A stretch of DNA of 64,000 nt from a virus. The notes below the pieces were generated by a model that saw only the letters and a list, made by a program, of their open reading frames with translations, made no database searches and was not told the DNA's origin. The translations under genes were made by a program, and so were the position numbers. The stretch spans positions 14,910 through 78,909 of IMG/VR virus record IMGVR_UViG_3300001589_007665; one strand, given 5' to 3'. Below, one piece after another: positions 61,871 through 64,000 of this stretch. The number at the start of each line of letters is the position of its first letter. Position 1 is the first letter of the stretch.

Positions 61871-62370
61871 TATTTAGATCCTTGATAGAAAGCCCATGAT
61901 AAAGCTCTGAAAGATTCAGCAGCTTTTTTTCGTAATTCTGGTGTTAAAGAAATATCTTGATCTCCAATACCTGCTACTATTACTGCTTTAGATGCTTCAG
62001 CTAAATTAGGATATTTATCTTTTATATTTAGTCTCAACATTTTACCAGACAAAGCATTAGCTTCTCTGATACTTAAAGTGTCAGTAATTATTTTGTCATC
62101 ACCATCTAATTCTATTAGTGTTGCTAAATCACAGTATAAAGATGTTAGCTTAAGACAATCTCTTTTTCTTCCAGACTCTTCAGAAGATTGTAATATTTCT
62201 ACTACAATCCTAGATTTAGCCAATAAATTATCATCAGCAGGAGCATCTGTAACACACCCTTCTACTACAGATATAGCAGAGCCTGGAGTATAAATAGAAC
62301 TTAAATCTGGTTTTAAAAAACCAAAAGCCAAAAGTATTACCCCTATTACTAATAGAGTATTTTTTTTCAT
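61870..62370 (-). CDS. Hypothetical exported/membrane-anchored protein
   Basis: MKKNTLLVIGVILLAFGFL signal/anchor. Confidence 0.55.
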   Translation of the reverse strand: MKKNTLLVIGVILLAFGFLKPDLSSIYTPGSAISVVEGCVTDAPADDNLLAKSRIVVEILQSSEESGRKRDCLKLTSLYCDLATLIELDGDDKIITDTLSIREANALSGKMLRLNIKDKYPNLAEASKAVIVAGIGDQDISLTPELRKKAAESFRALSWAFYQGSK

Positions 62371-62771
62371 AGTTCTACATCCTTTTTAACTGGTTGTTTA
62401 TCTTTACAAACTGTTGGACTAAGGTAAGGAAACATTTCGTCTGCAACCTGAACAGCCTTTGAGCAGCCGCTGCGTTCTGCTAAGTCTCTTGTTTGTTTCC
62501 AAGAAACTACAAGATCAAAAAATAAATTTTGTGTTTCTACAGGAGCATCTTGTAAATGTTCTGGCATTTTAATCATTGGCTGATCTTTCTTTTTTTTAAG
62601 ATCTCCAAAATATTCTTTAAGACTAGCTATAGCATCTGTTACTAATTTTTGAACAGGACTAAGTCTATCCTTAAATAATACCCATATAATTATACCAGCA
62701 CCAGCATATAAAGCCAAATCCATAGGCCCCACACTACTACTAAACTCCTCGAAACTTTGTGTAAAATTCAT
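62367..62771 (-). CDS. Hypothetical membrane protein
   Basis: LALYAGAGIIIWVLF. Confidence 0.55.
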   Translation of the reverse strand: MNFTQSFEEFSSSVGPMDLALYAGAGIIIWVLFKDRLSPVQKLVTDAIASLKEYFGDLKKKKDQPMIKMPEHLQDAPVETQNLFFDLVVSWKQTRDLAERSGCSKAVQVADEMFPYLSPTVCKDKQPVKKDVEL

Positions 62772-62772
62772 T

Positions 62773-63249
62773 TTAGCTCCTCACTATTTTTTTAATATTA
62801 TTTAGGAAATTCTCAACAATAGGATTTTTCTCAACACCGCCTACAGTAGCTTCGACCTTAACGGTTTCTCTGGATGTAAAAACCCCAACCTGTCTAAATG
62901 TCGCAACCATAGCATCGATACCAGAACTAACAAGTATCATTAAAAAGCTTTTAACATGAGTATGTATAATTGGCTCTAAAACAGATGGTATCCATGGGAG
63001 ATCAACATAGGTAAAAATTTTGTCATAAAAACTACCAATTAATTCTAATGCTAGTTTTTTCTTATCTGGACTACTAAGGTCTTTGCCAAAGTTTTCTATA
63101 AGCTGGATTACTACAGCAGTTAATAGCTGTAAGATTTTCCATACTTCACTAATAGCAAATCTTTTTACATCTGAAAGCGACTTTTTAGTTTCATTAATTA
63201 AATTTTCTACTTCTTTTCTGATTAATTCTTTAGTTGTTGAATCGCTCAT
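62773..63249 (-). CDS. Hypothetical amphipathic helical protein
   Basis: 158 aa; GAGGT RBS. Confidence 0.5.
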   Translation of the reverse strand: MSDSTTKELIRKEVENLINETKKSLSDVKRFAISEVWKILQLLTAVVIQLIENFGKDLSSPDKKKLALELIGSFYDKIFTYVDLPWIPSVLEPIIHTHVKSFLMILVSSGIDAMVATFRQVGVFTSRETVKVEATVGGVEKNPIVENFLNNIKKIVRS

Positions 63250-63258
63250 TTTTTTACC

Positions 63259-63720
63259 TCATGTGATTATATATGGTTCAATCTCTTTAAAAATCTGTTC
63301 GCCTACGCCATTAATATCTATTAATTGTTTTGATGTTGAAAAATTTTGTTTTGTTCTATAGTCTACAATCTTTTGAGCAGTCACTGGGCCTATATGCGGT
63401 AGTTGTATTAATTCTCCTATACTAGCAGTATTTATATTAACATTTTTATGTTCTTTGTCTATCCCAATATAGTCTTCAAGTTCTTTACTTACCCTATCTT
63501 CTTTTTCTTCTCTTGCTTTTCTTTCTGATAGATATCTAGAGAAAAAAGCAAATTGACCACCAATTAGTATAATACTTTCAACAACATGAGTTGACACACT
63601 AATCAAATCATCTTTAGTGTCAGCTTCTGTAATTACTCCAAATATAAATAATCCACTAATAACAAAGCTTACTAATGTAAACCAAAATTCACTAGTTTTA
63701 TATCCAGGTTTGCTCATCAT
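63259..63720 (-). CDS. Two-TM holin-like N-terminus fused to a ComEA-type helix-hairpin-helix domain
   Basis: KPGYKTSEFW plus two hydrophobic helices; VNINTASIGELIQLPHIGPVTAQKIVDYR...INGVG. Confidence 0.75.
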   Translation of the reverse strand: MMSKPGYKTSEFWFTLVSFVISGLFIFGVITEADTKDDLISVSTHVVESIILIGGQFAFFSRYLSERKAREEKEDRVSKELEDYIGIDKEHKNVNINTASIGELIQLPHIGPVTAQKIVDYRTKQNFSTSKQLIDINGVGEQIFKEIEPYIIT

Positions 63721-63794
63721 ATAAATACACCAGACCTATATTTACTGTAATATCTCTATATATAGATACACCTTAATTAAGGCAATAAATACGA

Positions 63795-63896
63795 TTAAGA
63801 ACTAGTATAAATTTGTGTGCTACCTAGATAGATTTTGGCAACAGTCGCGTTGCCTATGTATATAGTAGCAATTGATGTGTCTGTTTTTACTGCCAT
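63795..63896 (-). CDS. 33-aa peptide, probable tail-fibre accessory (not in the ORF track)
   Basis: MAVKTDTSIATIYIGNATVAKIYLGSTQIYTSS; starts 2 nt after the upstream stop. Confidence 0.5.
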   Translation of the reverse strand: MAVKTDTSIATIYIGNATVAKIYLGSTQIYTSS

Positions 63897-63898
63897 AA

Positions 63899-64000
63899 TT
63901 ATATTATAAAATATAGGGTATTAGAATCTGGAGAAGAAATAGCATCATAATTAGCTTGAGTAATTTTTACCATATTTAATATTCCACTAGCACCAGTAGT
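63899..64000 (-). CDS. C-terminal end of a tail-fibre-like protein (begins beyond the window)
   Basis: ...ITQANYDAISSPDSNTLYFII*, a T.A.YDA....D.NTLY.I motif seen at phage fibre C-termini. Confidence 0.55.
   Translation of the reverse strand, partial: TTGASGILNMVKITQANYDAISSPDSNTLYFII

Noticed and set aside
1-64000. CRISPR array, tRNA or rRNA genes
   Set aside because: Intergenic gaps are about 120 nt or less, with no repeat-spacer pattern or cloverleaf noticed by eye
1-64000. Stop-codon reassignment
   Set aside because: Genes are full length in the standard code, and TAA, TAG and TGA all end genes at sensible positions
1-64000. Eukaryotic giant virus or cellular chromosome
   Set aside because: Shine-Dalgarno sites, sigma70 promoters, coupled operons and DnaE/DnaB/DnaG/SSB/RecA in one compact divergent cluster indicate a bacteriophage

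Overview
AT-rich, gene-dense segment of a large tailed dsDNA bacteriophage (jumbo-phage-like). I found no rRNA, tRNA, CRISPR array, integrase or reverse transcriptase. Bases 1-28981 (+ strand) encode very large putative virion/tail proteins built from RCC1, LVIVD-like, cupredoxin-like, VWA-like, PKD-like, FGE/C-type-lectin and M8-like metalloprotease modules, joined by Pro/Thr-rich and polyproline linkers. Bases 28983-64000 (- strand) carry, in transcription order: a membrane-protein/cysteine-peptidase cassette; sugar genes (RmlB, RmlC, glycosyltransferases); nucleotide metabolism (dCMP deaminase, class II RNR, PhoH, dNMP kinase); a replication/recombination module (RecA, DnaB, primase, PD-(D/E)XK nuclease, DnaE, DEDDh exonuclease, SSB); and one intact GT4 followed by several degenerate enzyme-like genes. 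Most notable: (1) an intein-free split DnaE whose halves enclose a 60-aa Cys-rich ORF and a proofreading-type exonuclease, all translationally coupled; (2) two nuclease genes that appear to start at ATT/ATA codons overlapping the upstream stop; (3) two circularly permuted FGE/C-type-lectin domains; (4) a run of apparent pseudo-enzymes; (5) a recurrent GGTGTA upstream motif. All calls come from motif recognition by eye; no database search was run. A Planctomycetota host is a weak inference only.
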